Assembly (NCBI RefSeq): GCF_009914755.1
Contig: NC_060933.1
Strand: one strand, 5' to 3'
From: the human T2T-CHM13v2.0 reference genome, Homo sapiens
Length of the DNA: 64,000 nucleotides
A model generated the notes under the pieces. The model was not told where the DNA came from. It searched no databases and was given only the letters and a program-made list of their open reading frames with translations. The position numbers were made by a program, and so were the translations under genes. This document shows positions 58,150 to 64,000 of the stretch, in pieces. Numbering within the stretch: position 1 is the stretch's first letter; each line of letters starts with the position of its first letter.

Positions 58150-59365
58150 CACTAAACTAGGTACTGAAAGAACATACCCCAGAATAATGAGTCAACTATG
58201 ACAAACCCACAGACAACATTACACTGAAATGACAAAAGATTCCCCTTGATAACTGGCACAAGACAAAAATGCCCTCTCTCACCACTCCTGTTCAACATAG
58301 TATTGGAAGTTCTGGCCAGGGCAATCAGTCAAGAGAAAGAAATAAAGAGTATTCAAATAGGAAAAGAGGAAGTCAAATTGTCTCTGTTTGCAGATGACAT
58401 GATTGTATATTTAGAAAATCCCATCCTCTCAGCCCAAAAGCTTCTTAAGCTGATAAGCAACTTCAGCAAAGTATCAGGATACAAAATCAATGTGCAAATG
58501 TTGCTAGCAATCCTGTACACCAACGACAGTCAAGCTGAGAGTCAAATCATATATGAACTCATATTCACAACTGCCACAAAAGGAATAAAATACCTAGCAA
58601 TACAGCTAACAAAGGAAGTGAAGGACCACTACAAAGAGAACTACAAACCACTGCTCAAAGAAATTAGAGATGATGCAAACAAAGGGAAAAACATTCCATA
58701 CACATGGATAGGAAGAATCAATATCATTAAAATGACCATACTGCCCAAAGCAATTTATAGATACAATGATGTTCCCATTAAACAACCACTGACATTTTTC
58801 ACGGAACTAGGAAAAACTATTTTAAAATTCATGTGGAACCAAAAAAGAGCCCAAATAACCAGGGCAATCCTAAGCAAAAAGAACAAAACTGGAGGCATCA
58901 TGTTACCCAACTTCACAGTATGCTACAGGGCTACAGTAACCCAAACAGCATTGTACTGGTAAAAGAACAGACACATAGACTAATGGAATATTGAAAACCT
59001 AGAAATGAGACTGTACACCTACAACTATCTGATCTTTGACAACCCTGACAAAAAAAAACAATGGGTAAATGATCCTCTATTTAATAGTTGGTGCTGAGAT
59101 AACTGGCAAGCCATATGCAGAAAATTGAAAGTGGAACTCTTCCTTACACCATATACAAAAATCAACTCAAGTTGGATTAAAGACTTAAATGTAAAACCCA
59201 AAATTACAAAAACCCTAGAAGAAAACCTGGGCAATATTATTCAGGACAGGCACTGGCAAAGATTTCATGACAAAGTTTCCAAAAACAATTGAAACAAAAG
59301 CAGAACTTGACAAATGGAATCTAATTGAACTAAAGAGCTTCTGTACAGCAAAAGAAACTATCATC
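58150..59365 (+). mobile_element. Older L1PA ORF2 (RT) fragment
   Basis: [31 protein letters not shown] (RT FADD motif), ORF 58246-58962. Confidence 0.92.
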
Positions 59366-59369
59366 ATTA

Positions 59370-64000
<4,631 letters not shown>

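Noticed and set aside
58246-58962. 238-aa reverse transcriptase ORF as a novel retroelement
   Set aside because: It is an ordinary L1 ORF2 RT fragment (FADD motif), truncated on both sides.

Overview
AT-rich primate DNA, almost certainly human given a near-consensus AluY and an L1PA2. It is intergenic or deep intronic. I find no credible host protein-coding exon, RNA gene or CRISPR array, and every recognisable ORF is a decayed transposable-element fragment. The window is a dense stack of mobile elements: a near-complete Charlie3 hAT transposon with nested Alu, MLT2A1 and L1; an LTR47-like ERV; a full THE1B; solo LTRs (LTR17/HERV-W, MST, MLT1, MER67-like); many Alus; and several L1 generations. 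Four features stand out. (1) A perfect 95+8+95 bp palindrome at 55601-55798 is a fold-back copy of flanking DNA sitting inside the TSD of a short L1PA2 insertion. (2) Two MLT2A1 LTRs were each hit independently, by different L1 subfamilies, at the same TATA-box position. (3) The ERV has an RNA-like R-U5/int/U3 layout. (4) Several further local fold-back or inverted duplications occur. Family names come from recalled consensus sequences rather than a search, so subfamily calls and boundaries of old elements are approximate.
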